From: Octopus sinensis
Lineage: Eukaryota
Length of the DNA: 64,000 bases
Direction: 5' to 3'
Assembly: GCF_006345805.1 (NCBI RefSeq)
Contig: NC_043026.1
Location: forward strand, 7,254,001 to 7,318,000
Shown: piece by piece, positions 25,307-38,215 of the stretch
Layout: each line of letters starts with the position of its first letter
How positions within the stretch are numbered: position 1 is the stretch's first letter
Notes under the pieces: model-generated
Seen by the model: the letters and a program-made list of their open reading frames with translations, nothing else
The model's database searches: none
Told to the model about the DNA's origin: nothing
Translations under genes and position numbers: made by a program

Positions 25307-25627
25307 TACATATGTGTGTAAGTGTGTGTGTGTGCAATGTCTGTCTTTGTGTATACATATATATAATTGTGTGTGTATATATATATATATATATATAATA
25401 TATAAATATATGCATATATACATACATATATGTACGTGCCTACATATATATATGTAGGTATGTACATATATGTATGTATATATACATATATTTATATATT
25501 ATTTATATTATATGATTGAAGGCCATTCATCCTTTGCCAAGTAAGTTTTATCTATCTGTATACACACACACACATATATATATGTGTGTGTGTGTGTGTG
25601 TATATATACTGTATATATATGTTACAG

Positions 25628-25762
25628 CTGGCAGTATAACGATGACAGTGGGATCCATGGATACATACCTGATAACTGGAGACATCCAAGGTTGGATCAA
25701 GGTCTGGGATATATCGGATTATGCCACGGATCTTTCTCCATCTACACTGGATATTCCACCTC
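25628..25762 (+). CDS. WDR49: WDR49-like exon 11
   Basis: tacag/gtaagt boundaries; AGSITMTVGSMDTYLITGDIQGWIKVWDISDY, WD repeat. Confidence 0.88.
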
Positions 25763-27560
25763 GTAAGTACCACCTTATATACACATTATACACTCATTAT
25801 ATACACATTTTATTTTTTGTTGTAGTTTTTTCATTTTTTTGAATTATGGAACTGACAGAACATGTGCGTGTGTAAGTGTGTGTGTATCTGTGCTAAGTGT
25901 GTGTAAGTGTGTAAGTGTATGTGTGTGTGTGTGTGACTGCGTGTTTGACTCTGTGTGTGTGTAAGTGCGTGTGTGTGTAAGTGCGTGTGTGTGTAAGTGC
26001 GTGTGTGTGTAAGTGCGTGTGTGTGTAAGTGCGTGTGTGTGTGTATGCTAAGTGTGTGTCAGTGTGTAAGCATGTAAGTGTATGTGTGTGTGTGTGTGTG
26101 CTAAGTGTGTATAAGTGTGTAAATATGTAAGTGTATGTGTGTGTGTGTAAGTGTGTGTGACTGTGTGTTTCATTCTGTGTGTGTATGTCTTTGTGTCTCC
26201 CACCACTGCTTGACATCTGGTGTTGGTTTGTTTATGTCCCTATTACTTAGTGGTTTGGCAAAAGAGACCAACATAAAAAAGCCCCAGGCTGGAAGTAAAA
26301 GATAAGAAGCACGAATACTGGACTTGAGTTTTTTGACCGAAGCCCCTTTCAGGTAGTGCTCCAGCATGGGCACAGTCCAAGGACTGAAACTAGTAAAACA
26401 TAAAACACACACATGCTGAGTTTCCATGACCACCACCATAACCACCACCATCATCATCACCAACACCAACAACACTACTACCACCACCACCACTATCATC
26501 ACCCCCCACCATCACCACCACCATCATCACCACCACCATCATCACCATCACCAACAACACTACCACCACCATAACCACCACCATCATCATCACCAACACC
26601 AACAACACTACCACTTCCACCCCTACCACTATCATCACCCCCACCACTACCACCACCACCATAACCACCACCATCATCATCACCATCACCAACAATACTA
26701 CCACCTCCACCACCACCACTATCATCACCCCCACCCCCACCACCACCACCACCACCACCACCTACACCACACACTAAAACGCATAAAGCCGTTTATGATA
26801 ATATTTACTGCAATTGCATTATTCTGTGCCTGCCTACCTGTCGATGCAACTGCACACTTGCAGATATCACATGACAACCAATACTGCAGTCACACATCTC
26901 CCACTCCCTCCCCCCCATTCCTGTCGCCACGCACCCAGTTGCACCTTTGCATGTGCATTGGTTGGTGCGTTTGCACCATGCTTTCCTGCTGTGATGATGT
27001 GACAATTGCAGGCAACGCATCACTGCACTTTCAGGTATCCGTGGCAATGTGACACGGATGAATGTTTTCTGTTACAATGACCCCTTATCCTGCTACTACA
27101 ACTACTACTACTACTCTTACTCTTTACTCTTTTACTTGTTTCAGTCATTTGACTGCGGCCATGCTGGAGCACTGCCTTTAGTCGAGCAACTCAAACCCGG
27201 GACTTATTCTTTGTAAGCCCAGTACTTATTCTATCGGTCTCTTTTGCCGAACTGCTAAATGATGGGGACGTAAACACACCAGCATCAGTTGTCAAGCAAT
27301 GCTAGGGGGACAAACACAGACACACGAACACACACATTCATATATATACATATATACGACAGGCTTCTTTCAGTTTCCACCTACCAAATCCACTCACAAG
27401 GCATTGGTCGGCCCGAGGCTATAGTAGAAGACACTTGCTCAAGGTGCCACGCAGTGGGACTGAACCCGGAACCATGTGGTTGGTAAACAAGCTACTTACC
27501 ACACAGCCACTCCTGCGCCTATACTACTACAAATAATAATAATAATAATAATAATAATAG

Positions 27561-27903
27561 CAACTGTGCAACCACGAGATAAGGAAGCCAGACATAGTCT
27601 TAATTGAGAAAGAAAACAAACTATGCTGGATCATAGATATAGCATGCCCAACTGACAACAAGGCATGCAATAAGGAAGAAAGAAAAGTCGAGAGATATGA
27701 CAGGTTAGCTTCGGATGCAAAGCAGTTGTGGTCAATGAAAAAGGTGGTAGTTGTACCAATAATTGTTGGAGCCCTGGGAACAGTGAGTAAAAATTTTGAG
27801 AAGTACGTGGAACAAATAGGGGCTGCAATAAGGGTGGAGCACTTGCAGAAAACAGCACTGCTTGGAATTGCTTGAATACTCCGGAAGGTGCTTGAAAAAT
27901 AAG
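27561..27903 (+). mobile_element. R4/Dong-like non-LTR retrotransposon, restriction-like endonuclease C-terminus
   Basis: RKPDIVLIEKENKLCWIIDIACP.D...KVERY, then after a frameshift VVPIIVGALGTV...LQKTALLG.A.ILRKVL; directly follows an (AAT)n tract. Confidence 0.8.
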
Positions 27904-28528
27904 TGTTACCTTAGTACACTGGAAGAAGAAGAATCTATACTATAATTGAGAAAGCTGCTAATTAGTTAGTTGTGTAACAATTACTAAAGGTACTAAAAGA
28001 AAGCAATTATTAAAAGCTTAACCATCTGAAAATATTTTTATAAATTCATGTTTTAAGAAATTGCCTATAATTTTGATTTTTGAAGTTTATTGAGCTTTTT
28101 AAATTCCAATTTCTCGCAAATTTAAACATTCATTGCATTCACTGCGTCCAGTTCTTCATAAATTTAAATATTCATTGCATTCACCGCAGAGTAGATTTCA
28201 ATGTTTAATAATAAACACAATTAATTTGTTGCAGGCAACATTTTACGTTTTTATTTGCAACAGTCTCTTGTTCGTGCTCACCTCTATTTGCATTAATGAT
28301 AATTTAATAATAGCTATATAACTTTGATACGAGGCACAATTTATAATATTATTAGTTTGTTAAATGAATATTTTTGATAGGATGAAAACTTTTTAATATA
28401 CCGGTATAAGTTTTACAATAATAAACTTATCTTTAGACATATAGATATATAGCTGTGAGAAACAAAACAGCATTGTCAGGGTACATGAGGTACTTATAAA
28501 ATAATATTGACAGTTTTAATTTCACATA

Positions 28529-29262
28529 CCGTATTTGACGGCATATTAGACGCACCCTCATTTCAGCAGGTCAAATTCAGGAAAAAAAGTTTTAAGTGTA
28601 TTTAAGCATATATTGTTGAAAGCAGTCTAGCAGCACATTACAAAAGCAGAAAACATTTTTTCTGTAGGTGGTGGCCCAAAAACCCTTGCTGCTGCTCTAT
28701 TTCCATGATCCTTGGCATAATCTACCACTCGTAGTTTGTAGGAGATTTTGTAGCTTGATCTTTTTGCTGCCATAGCCGTGAGGGTGCTTTTACTGTTGTA
28801 GTGTGTTTTGTTATGATCATAAACTTTGTTGTACCAAGATATCCAACCTACCTCCATATATACACGAACTCGCAACGATCATGTGCATTCCGTAGTTTTA
28901 CTCCTCACCGTCAGATGGCATCGAGTTAGGGTTCCGATCAGCTGATATTAGTAAACGTGTGTCATGGATCGCAGCCTAACAATTTACGGTAGATTGCTTT
29001 GATTTTTACGATAATTTGTATTTTAAAGTAATAATACTGGTAATAATAATAATAATACTAGCAATAAAATAATGATGCATGAGTACGGAAAATATCATTA
29101 AGGCGTTAGCGTAGGTAGAAATACTTATCGTAAGCTAGGTTAGTGAGCGTCTGGGAGAAGATTAGCCTACGGGAGGGTCTTGACTTCGCATATTAGACGC
29201 AGGGCGATTGTTTGAGCCAAATTTTTTGGAAAAAAGCGCGTCCTATATGCCGTCAAATACAG
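28529..29262 (-). mobile_element. Internally deleted pogo-like DNA transposon retaining a Brinker-type HTH
   Basis: TIRs CCGTATTTGACGGCATATTAGACGC / GCGTCCTATATGCCGTCAAATACAG with TA TSD; MAAKRSSYKISYKLRVVDYAKDHGNRAAARVFGPPPTEKM. Confidence 0.85.
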
Positions 29263-29657
29263 TAATTCATATTGCATATCAGCCAGAGGTAGAGTGTTTA
29301 TTCAAATTTCTGTGGCTTTTTAAATAAAAAAAAAATACTTCATCTCTTTACTAAAGCAATAAATACTCTGAACATTAGAAGAGAATTTTTTTTTTCCATT
29401 TCTTCTGGTATGCAGTTGTTGAAAATTTCTGGGTACAAATGTACAAATTGAAATACAAAAGAATGAAATAATAAATGAATTTATGAATGAAAGTTTGGTA
29501 ATTGCATTTATCTCCCCCACGCGACACTTATTATTGCAAACATGTTCTAACTAACCTAAACTATACACATCTGAATGTCTGCTCCGGGTTGCCTTCATCT
29601 CAAGGTGCCCAAATTCCAGGTGGTCATTGCTAACCATTTCCCATTCCTCATTCACAG

Positions 29658-29809
29658 CATTATTGACCACGTTCCAGCCTCACACCGATATGGTCAACAG
29701 TCTGCGCCTCTGTGAACGTAACCAGTGTCCATTTATCGTCTCTGCCTCCTCCGACTCTACAGTGGTCATCTCACACATTAATGGACAACAGATCGGTGTC
29801 TTTGGTCAG
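29658..29809 (+). CDS. WDR49: WDR49-like exon 12
   Basis: cacag/gtgagt boundaries; LLTTFQPHTDMVNSLRLCE...IVSASSDSTVVISHINGQQIGVFGQ. Confidence 0.88.
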
Positions 29810-31182
29810 GTGAGTCTATCCATGCCTGCTTCTGTTTACCACAACCTGTATTATGTAGTGGCCAAGGCAACGAACCTAGGAGATGGAGAACTCTCATAGA
29901 AAAACCTGGGGCCTGTTGTTCACTGAGTTAGCAGCATTTCATCATCATCATCATCATCATTTAACGTCCGTTTTCCATGCTAGCATAGGTTGGACGGTTC
30001 AACCGGGGTCTGGGAAGCCAGGAGGCTGCACCAGGCTCCAGTCTGATCTGGCTGTGTTTCTACAGCTGGATGCCCTTCCTAACGCCAATCACTCCGTGAG
30101 TTTAGTGGGTGCTTTTTGTGCCACCAGCACAGATGCCAGGGGAGGCTGGCAGCAGCCACGATCAGTTGGTGCTTTTTATGTGCCACTGGCACAGGTATCA
30201 TAACTACAATTTCCATTTGATATTTATTTTGATGTTTATGTACTTGACTCAATAGGTCTCCTCAAGCACAGCAGGTCATGTGCCACCGGCACAGAAGCCA
30301 GTCAAGGCGGTGCTGGCATCAGCCACGTTCGGATGGTGCTTTTTACGTGCCGCCAGCACAAGTATCATAACTACAATTTCCATTTGATATTGGCACCAAT
30401 TTTCTGCTCTCAGCATTTCCATAATGGGTGGCTGGTCCTATATAAGTCTTCATCATTGGAAATGAATCATCTGTGTAGGTAGTCTTTAAAGAGACCCCTT
30501 CAATCATTAATGACCGTGGGATTGCACCCACAAAGTTCCCTTCCGAGGCACAAGTCCAGGCAAGGTTGTTTATGGAAGACCAGCAGTCCCCCATGCATAC
30601 CAGCCTCCCCCTCTTTATGCCACTGATGTTGTCCAAGGAAAAGGTAAAAGGGCCAATACAGCTTGGCACCTGTGATGTCACAAATCATTTCTACAGCAGA
30701 GTGAACTGGAGCAACGTGAAATAAAGTGTCTTGCTCAAGAACACAACATGTAGCCAGGTCCAGGAATTGAACTCACTACCTTAATGACTGAGCCCAACGT
30801 TCTAACCACTGAGCCATGCACCTTCACAGCAGTCTTAATGCCCATAATATTGACTGTTGAAGCTGACCAGAGAACCGTCTTAGGAGCAACCATGCTGCGT
30901 GGCAAGAAATTTGCTTCTTGGTTGCATGGTTCCAGCTTCAGTCCCATGGCACGACACCTTGGGCAAGTGCTTTCTACTTAAACCTTGGGCCAACCAAAAT
31001 TATACCCGAACCTGTGTCTTTGCGTATGTGTGTGTGTGTTTGTGTGTGTGCGCACACACATGTGTGTATGTGTATGTGACTGTGTGTGTGACTGAGTGTG
31101 TGCCTCTGTGTGTGTGTGACTGTGTTTGTGTGTGTGTGTGTGTATGTGTATATGACTGTGTGTGCCTCTGTGAGTGTGTGAC

Positions 31183-31217
<35 letters not shown>

Positions 31218-31276
31218 CTGTGTGTGTGTATGTTATGTTATAAAACTAATCTTTTCTACATATTTCTGTGTCACAG

Positions 31277-31327
31277 GAGGGACATTGGAAACTTGATCCC
31301 TGCGTCAGGATTGAACCAGAGACCAAG
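31277..31327 (+). CDS. WDR49: WDR49-like exon 13
   Basis: cacag/gttagt boundaries; EGHWKLDPCVRIEPETK continues the FGQ..HW motif. Confidence 0.75.
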
Positions 31328-32323
31328 GTTAGTGGACAAATATTTACCTCATTCTTTGAAATGTTTTGCACTTTCATTAGTTACTTCATGCATATAATGA
31401 AAAGATGGGATGGTCGCAATTGGATTTCTTGCGATTATAATTCTAAACATTGGCTCCATAATACAAAAGAGAGACACATTAGATAATGCACTCCTAGATG
31501 GACTATGCCTGAATAAAAAATGAGATGAACATAGCTGGAAGACCTCTGATCATAGGTCTGCTGGATCAGGACTAACCTAGGGTTAAACAACAACAACAAC
31601 AAGGAAGGACACATTAAATAGTGTAGTCTTAGATACGTTATGTCTAAATATAAGATTGGATGGGCACAGCTGGAACGTCTTTGATCATAGCTCTACTGGA
31701 TTAGGACTGACCTGGGGCTAAACAACAACAATGAGGAGAAAGGACACATTAGATAATGTAGTCCTAGATACACTATGACTGGTACGTTGTGTCATTGAGA
31801 AGGACACTTTATTTCACATTGCAAAAATGGTAGTACCAGTAATTCAAAAGGGCCAGCCTTGTCACATTCTGTGTCACTCTGAATCTCCCTGAGAACTATG
31901 TTATTGGGATGCATCTCTGTGGAGTACTCAGCCACTTGTACATTTATTTCATGAGTAGGCTGTTCCGTTGATTGGATCAACTGGGACCCGCACCATCATA
32001 ACTGATGGAGGGCCACTTCGTTAACGACAAAAGAGTATAACAGAGCATTTAGCTGCTATTTCTTGCAGAACTGGAGACCACATACAGACTTCCAAATTTA
32101 CTTGATTTCTAGGGTTGCAAGCTGGCAGAAACGTTAGCAGCAGTATTTCTTCTGTCTTTACGTTCTGAGTTCAAATTCCGCCGAGGTTGACTTTGCCTTT
32201 CATCCTTTCAGGGTCGATAAATTGAGTACTTGTTGCATACTGGGGTCGATCTTATCGACTGGCCCCCTCTCCCAATATTTCAGACCTTGTGCCTTTAGTA
32301 AAAAGGACTACTACTACTACTAC

Positions 32324-32371
<48 letters not shown>

Positions 32372-32793
32372 GGCGGTGAGTTGGCAGAAACGTTAGCGCG
32401 CCAGGCAAAATGCTTATCGGTATTTCATCTGCCGCTACGTTCTGAGTTCAAATTCCGCCGAGGTCGACTTTGCCTTTCATCCTTTCGGGGTCAATTAGAT
32501 AAGTACCAGTTACGTACTGGGGTCGATATAATCGACTTAATCCGTTTGTCTGTCCTTGTTTGTCCCCTCTGTGTAGTAAAGAAATAGGTATTCCATCAGT
32601 CCTTGTGTTCTGAGTTCAAATTCCACCGAGGTCGACTTTGCCTTTCATCCTTTCAGGGTCGATAAATTGAGTACTAGTTGCATACTGGGGTCGATCTTAT
32701 CAACTGGCCCCCAACTCCCCAAAAATTTCAGGCATTGTGCTTAGAGTAGAAAAGAATCTATTTGATTTCTTCTGTTTTTTTGCCATTTTGCAG

Positions 32794-32980
32794 ATGTCTT
32801 CATTCCCTCAAGACAAAGAGGAAGATGATGATAATGAAGACGAAGAGGATGAAGAAGAAGAAGAAGAAGAAGATGGAAAAGAAGAGATTGCTATGAGTAA
32901 TTTGGAACAGGGTGAAGAAGAAGAAGCCATCGCGAACCCAGAGATGTTCCGATGGAATACTTGGGAGAAGACCATTCTTG
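32794..32980 (+). CDS. WDR49: WDR49-like exon 14, acidic tract
   Basis: ttgcag/gtaagt boundaries; MSSFPQDKEEDDDNEDEEDEEEEEEEDGKEE...WNTWEKTIL; ends in phase 1. Confidence 0.8.
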
Positions 32981-33789
32981 GTAAGTTGTGGAATATTGTG
33001 TTGGTTCTCTGATGTAATTCTTGGATTCTTTTACAGAAGTATTTACTGGTCAGACTATGAGCTTTTTAGATGTTTCCATGTACCAAATCCACTCACAGGG
33101 TTTTGTATACACACACACACACACATACACGCAAATACACACAGCCATGCACAAAGACACACACACACACACACAGATACACACACATACACACAGACAT
33201 GCACACACACATGGAGACACACACACACAGATACATACACACACACACAGACACACATACACACACAGACACACACATAGACAGACACACACAGGCACAC
33301 ACACACACACATACAGATACACATACATACACACAGACACACACATACACACACATAGAAACACATACACATACACAGGCACATACACACAGAGGCACAC
33401 ACACTGACACACACACACACTTACACACACGTACATAGTTCTCAGGGACAATCAGTATGACACAGACTGCGACAAGATTCATTTTTGCCAGTTGAGTGTA
33501 TGTGTGTGTGTGTGTGTCCCAACGCTGAACAACTGGCGTTGGTTTGTTTACATCCCTATAATTTAGTGGCCTGGCATAGCAGACTGATTCAATAAGTACC
33601 CAGCTTAAAAAGACATAATTAAGTTCTGGTTTGTGAAATTTGGTTACCATTGGTCATGACTAATCCCTTCGAGTTAGTGCCCCAGCATGGCCACACTCCA
33701 TTGACTGAAACAAGCAAATAGATGAAAAGATGGGTCTACTCATTTCTGGTCATTCTATTTTCTGATGATTTTGTTCCCTGATCTTTCAG

Positions 33790-33890
33790 GTAAAGATTAT
33801 CAGGAAGTCCGTGTCAAAAAACGCCGCCGACGGCAACCAGGCAAGTTAACCAACTGTCAGTTGACCTGGGAGAAAGCTGGACCTTATTCG
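33790..33890 (+). CDS. WDR49: WDR49-like exon 15, last exon identified
   Basis: tttcag/gtgagt boundaries; GKDYQEVRVKKRRRRQPGKLTNCQLTWEKAGPYS; phase fits exon 14. Confidence 0.8.
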
Positions 33891-34093
33891 GTGAGTCCAT
33901 CACGTTTTGTTACCTTACATATATATATAGTGAGATAATTAATAAATTACTATTACAGAGATGTACTTGCATAGCAAGTGACCCGATCTGAGATTGTGTG
34001 CTGGAACGAAAGCAATTGCAGCATGGAAGGTGTTTAGAAGACATTTAAGAAACACACAAAAACCGTTCGATTCACTTCAAAATTTAAATTTAA

Positions 34094-34144
34094 TTTGCCA
34101 AAATATTTTCGTCGCTTTCAGACCGTGACCTGTTCACTGACAAA
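34094..34144 (-). ncRNA. Minimal hammerhead-like motif with a G3-C8 core variant
   Basis: - strand: TTTGTCA-GTGAACA-G-GTCAC-loop-GCGAC-GAAA-ATAT-TT-TGGCAAA. Confidence 0.55.
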
Positions 34145-34274
34145 ATTCTGTGCTGCATCTCTAATAAATTACTACTTATTAATTAAAAATTTGACCAACA
34201 TCTCTTACAGCTGTAAGAAATGTTTGTCAATTTTTAATTTAAAAATAATATATATATATGTATATCCTGGCACA

Positions 34275-34849
34275 AATATCTGCCGGGATATCAAAAAGGA
34301 GATCTCACGGAGAGTAAGGGCCGGATGGAAGGCGTTCAATGGCATAAGGGATGTGCTCAAGGGAAGGTTGGACAGGACCACCCACGCCAACCTCATTAAC
34401 AGTGAAGTTCTGCCTGCAATGTTATATGGTAGTGAAACATGGGGCTACCACAAAGAGAGAAGAGCAAAGACTGGTAACGGCTCAAAGAGCCATGGAAAGG
34501 TCAATGCTTGGTATCTCGTTGAGAGAGCACATAAGTAGCAAGATCATCAGAAAGAAGTCCGGCGTGAGGGATGTCATCGCAGAGTATACACGCAGCAAGT
34601 ATAGATGGGCTGGACACGTCGCCCGGCTCACCGATAATCGGTGGATGTATACAGTTATCGAGTGGTACCCGCGTGAGCGGAAAAGACCACCTGGAAGACC
34701 TCCATGACGGTGGAGTTATGATTTCAGGAGGACGATTGGGATCGTGTGGGTGAGAAAGGCGCGATCCAGAGAGGAGTGGACAGCGTGCTGTGACCAGTGG
34801 TATCAAATGGACGCCTGACAGACTGGTCGGTCAAAGTGATCAAAGTGAT
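34275..34849 (+). mobile_element. RTE-clade LINE 3' end
   Basis: EISRRVRAGWKAF...VLPAMLYGSETW...RWAGHVARLTDNRW...EWYPRERKRPPGRPP; tandem tcaaagtga tail. Confidence 0.85.
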
Positions 34850-34890
34850 ATATGTATATCAAAATAAGCAACAAGGATATCCAGAAGTAA

Positions 34891-34977
34891 TGCAGTACGA
34901 TCGTTTCATGCAACTCCACTTAATTGAATAATGCAATCATTACAACAATTTAAAATGTAGAGCAATCTTCAGCTGCA
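34891..34977 (-). ncRNA. Type I hammerhead motif
   Basis: - strand: TGCAG-CTGAAGA-tTGC...GCAt-GAAA-CGATCG-TA-CTGCA. Confidence 0.7.
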
Positions 34978-35163
34978 CAAAGACATAGAATTTAATTAAA
35001 TTAGAACAGATGGACACATTAGTATAATTATACCTAAAATCTCCAAGGAATTAAGGAGATAGACAAAGAACATGTTGTCTCTACTTCAGCATAGAAGTTA
35101 CTAAGATTATCAAGAAGACTCTGCTTGCCACTGATTTTATATATATATGTATATATATATATA

Positions 35164-35753
35164 CATAATCAAGGGGATTTCAGTCTGAGAAGGTAGGTGG
35201 CCAGATGTTTGGGGTGATGTGGTTACAGAAATTGTCTGACAGCCATGACTGGGTTCTCCTGCTTGTGTGGCATGGTGCAGAGTCCTGTTGTCAGACATAG
35301 GATGGATCTTCCAGCAGCCACCCTCTTGACCCAGGGCAGCACTACCACCTCCAGATATTTGATGTAGGTCTCTGTGTTGAGTCTAAGGCCGTGTAGGAAG
35401 ATGAATGGAGGCATAATTTCACTATCAATTGTGATCACTCCAAACACCATGATGTTGACTGGATGTTTGATTTTTATCACTCTCAGGAAATGTTCTGGGG
35501 ATATGGCAAGTCAATGGTTGTTCAGTGTTCACCATCTGTTCATATTGGAGCTTCTAGTGTGAATGCCAAGCAGTAGAGCATGTCGTTTCCAAATTTCTGA
35601 CTGAGTGAATTGTGTCATAGTGCTGTTTTCCTCACAGACAGTACCCAACTGACCCTACAATACTGTGTAGTTGTCAAAGTAAAAATAAAAAAAGCAATAC
35701 ACATATGCGAAATTAAAAATATAAAATAGTGACAATTTACCCATTGCACCCTG
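35164..35753 (-). mobile_element. Tc1/mariner transposase fragment with one terminus
   Basis: KHPVNIMVFGVIT...MPPFIF...YIKYLEVVVLPWVKRVAAGR, then VxQQDSAPCHTS...WPP..D.NPLDY; end sequence CAGGGTGCAATGGGTAAATTGTCAC. Confidence 0.85.
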
Positions 35754-35760
35754 TGTATAT

Positions 35761-35997
35761 ATGGAGAGAAAGAGGGAAAAGGAGGGGAGGAGAGAGAGAT
35801 GAAAGCAAGTGAGATGGTTTCTTTTATTTTAATAGGTCACCAACTGAAGGTGCCAAGCTATGAGATAGAACTGCTACTGACTTTATTCAAATCTCCTGTT
35901 GTTCCAAAGCTGCTCACCTAATCTGGTGACCTACTGAAATACAAGGCAGCATCTCACTCACTTTTCTCTCTCTCTCCTTTTCCCTTTCTCTCTCCAT
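35761..35997. repeat. Imperfect foldback with arms of about 80 bp
   Basis: atggagagaaagagggaaaagg...gtgagatg...aataggtcacca is mirrored by tggtgacctac...catctcac...ccttttccctttctctctccat. Confidence 0.7.
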
Positions 35998-36174
35998 TTC
36001 GTTTTTCTCAGAAATATTCCAACATTGTTTCACATAGTTTAGCAAATCTCTTTTGCTTTTGTATTGCTTTCAACAAACTGTCAAACAGACAAAGAGGTTA
36101 TTATCAAAGGTTCAAAGGACATACGAAATACATGCAACTGCACACATACCTATATCTGTATCTATATATAGCAT

Positions 36175-36402
36175 GGCAAGCTGGCAGAATCATTAGCACG
36201 CCGGGCGAAATGCGTAGCCGTATTTCGTCTGCCGTTACGTTCTGGGTTCAAATTCCGCTGAGGTCGACTTTGCCTTTCATCCTTTCGGGGTCGATAAATT
36301 AAGTACCAGTTACGCACTGGGGTCGATGTAATCGACTTAATCCGTTTGTCTGTCCTTGTTTATCCCCTCTGTGTTTAGCCCCTTGTGGGTTGTAAAGAAA
36401 TA
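36175..36402 (+). mobile_element. tRNA-derived SINE family B with a Nin/Deu-like central domain, representative copy
   Basis: GCTGGCAGAA..GTTAGC...GTTCAAATTCC...GCCTTTCATCCTTTCGGGGTCGATAAATTAAGTACC...AAAGAAAT. Other copies at about 2725-2950, 16760-17120(-), 32118-32310, 32372-32755, 40150-40405(-), 49935-50166(-), 58983-59213, 63673-63915. Confidence 0.85.
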
Positions 36403-36407
36403 TATAT

Positions 36408-37078
36408 ATAGCATGTTCAAAAAGTCTCTCTGCAGTAAGAATTTGATTACAAAATGAATATAAGATGGTATAAGATGGTATAAGATGGTATAAGTCTACA
36501 AAAGAATATATTAGGCTTTACAAGACTTTAAAAAGAATTTATAAGAGGGAGTTGAAAGGGCCGTCCTTCATTTTCAATACATAAGTTGACTCTTCTACAC
36601 ATGTTTTGGAATACATTATCATCATCATCGTTTAACGTCTGCTTTCCACGCTGCCATGGGTTGGACGATTTTGACTGAGGACTGACCAACCAGATGGCTG
36701 CACCAGGCTCCAATCTTCATCTGGCAGAGTTTCTACAGCTGGATGCCCTTCCTAATGCCAACCACTCCGAGAGTGTAGTGGGTGCTTTTTACATGCCACT
36801 GGCACGGGGGCCAGTCAGGTGGTACTGGCAATGACCTCGCTTGAATCTTTTTACACATGCCCACCAGCACAGGTGCCAGTGAAGCAACGTTGGCACTATA
36901 TCTATATCTATATATAGCTTGTTCAAAAAGTCTCTCTGCAGTAAGAATTTTATTGCAAAATATATATTTCTAAGATGGTATAAGACTCCAAAATAATATA
37001 TTAGACTTTACAAGACTTTAAAAAGAATTTATAAGAGTTGTTGGAAGTGTTCTCCTTTGTTTTCAATACATAAGTTTC
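36408..37078 (-). mobile_element. Two Tc1/mariner terminal fragments (about 36408-36615 and 36915-37078) separated by a SINE
   Basis: repeated TAtAGC.TGTTCAAAAAGTCTCTCTGCAG end; VFQNMCRRVNLCIENEGRPFQ resembles a transposase C-terminus. Confidence 0.6.
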
Positions 37079-37691
37079 CAGGACCGTTGCCAGTACCGCT
37101 TGACTGGCCCTCGTGCTGGTGGCACGTAAAAAGCACCCACTACACTCTCGGAGTGGTTGGTGTTAGGAAGGACATCCAGCTGTAGAAGCTCTGCCAGATC
37201 AAGATTGGAGCCTGGTGCAGCCATCTGGTTCGCCAGCCAGACTTTTTGTGTGTGTGTGTGTGTGTAGTGTTAGGAGTGATGTACAGAAATTGAATATTGA
37301 GAAAAAAATGGACGTCAGAATTTTGGAAAAAAGATCTTTTTATTTCTTCTGTTATTATTATCGCTTTCATTTGTTTCTCGAGTAAAATTTTGAAGAGGTA
37401 CAAACAGTTTGTTCATGTATATAAAACAGATGTTTTTTAGGGGTTTTAGAAGATAACATTTTTTTTTTTTTTTGGCTGAGGTTCCATGACAATGGAGATG
37501 GATAGATAGAAATACAGGTAGGTAGACAGACAGACAGACAGAGGAAGAGAGAGAGAATGACAAACCTTCCTATTCACCATTCATTTATTTATTTAGTCAT
37601 TTACCATTGTATTATTGGAATGGGTTTAAGGATGGTGACCTTAAAAAAAAAAAAAACAGGTGCAGTTTGGTCAACACTGTTAGTCATTTTG

Positions 37692-37820
37692 CTTTCTTTC
37701 TCTCTTCCCCTTTTTCCTTCTTTTTGCCTCTTTCTTTCTCTCTTCCCCTTTTTCCTTCTTTTTGCCTCTTTCTTTCTCTCTTCCCCTTTTTCCTTCTTTT
37801 TGCCTCTTTCTTTCTCTTTC
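37692..37820. repeat. 38-bp polypyrimidine tandem repeat, about 3.3 copies
   Basis: gcctc at 37726, 37764 and 37802; the unit is all pyrimidine except one G. Confidence 0.9.
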
Positions 37821-37862
37821 AGTTATATTTGGAAGACAAAATGTATTGTCTCCCCTTTTCTT

Positions 37863-38215
37863 TCAAACATCCAATTTTGGAGAGAATTTTTGGATGAAAT
37901 GTAGTTCCATTGATTTATAAGAGACTGCGGATCGTCCTGTGCACATTTGGAAAAGGGAAAAATTTTGAATTTTCCGTCGCTGCATATCTCCAGATATTTA
38001 CTTAATGGAATCTTGCGTAATTCCTCTTGTCAGATATGTTACCTGTGGATTCTTGCACGTTGGCAGAGGGAATTATTTGTTTCGCCAATGTAACTTTCTT
38101 TGCAGTTTGGGCAGGTAATGCAATATATGAGGTTTTGTGTTTTGCAGTTCATATCTGCATTTATTTTGAAAAGGAATCCACTCTTGAATTTTATGTGGGA
38201 ACCACTTTCCAAGTA
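37863..38215 (-). mobile_element. Penelope-like element GIY-YIG endonuclease C-terminal fragment, degenerate
   Basis: - strand translation FKINADMNCKTQNLIYCITCPNCKESYIGETNNSLCQRARIHR*...KFKIFPF... then, after a frameshift, MELHFIQKFSPKLDV*. Confidence 0.85.
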
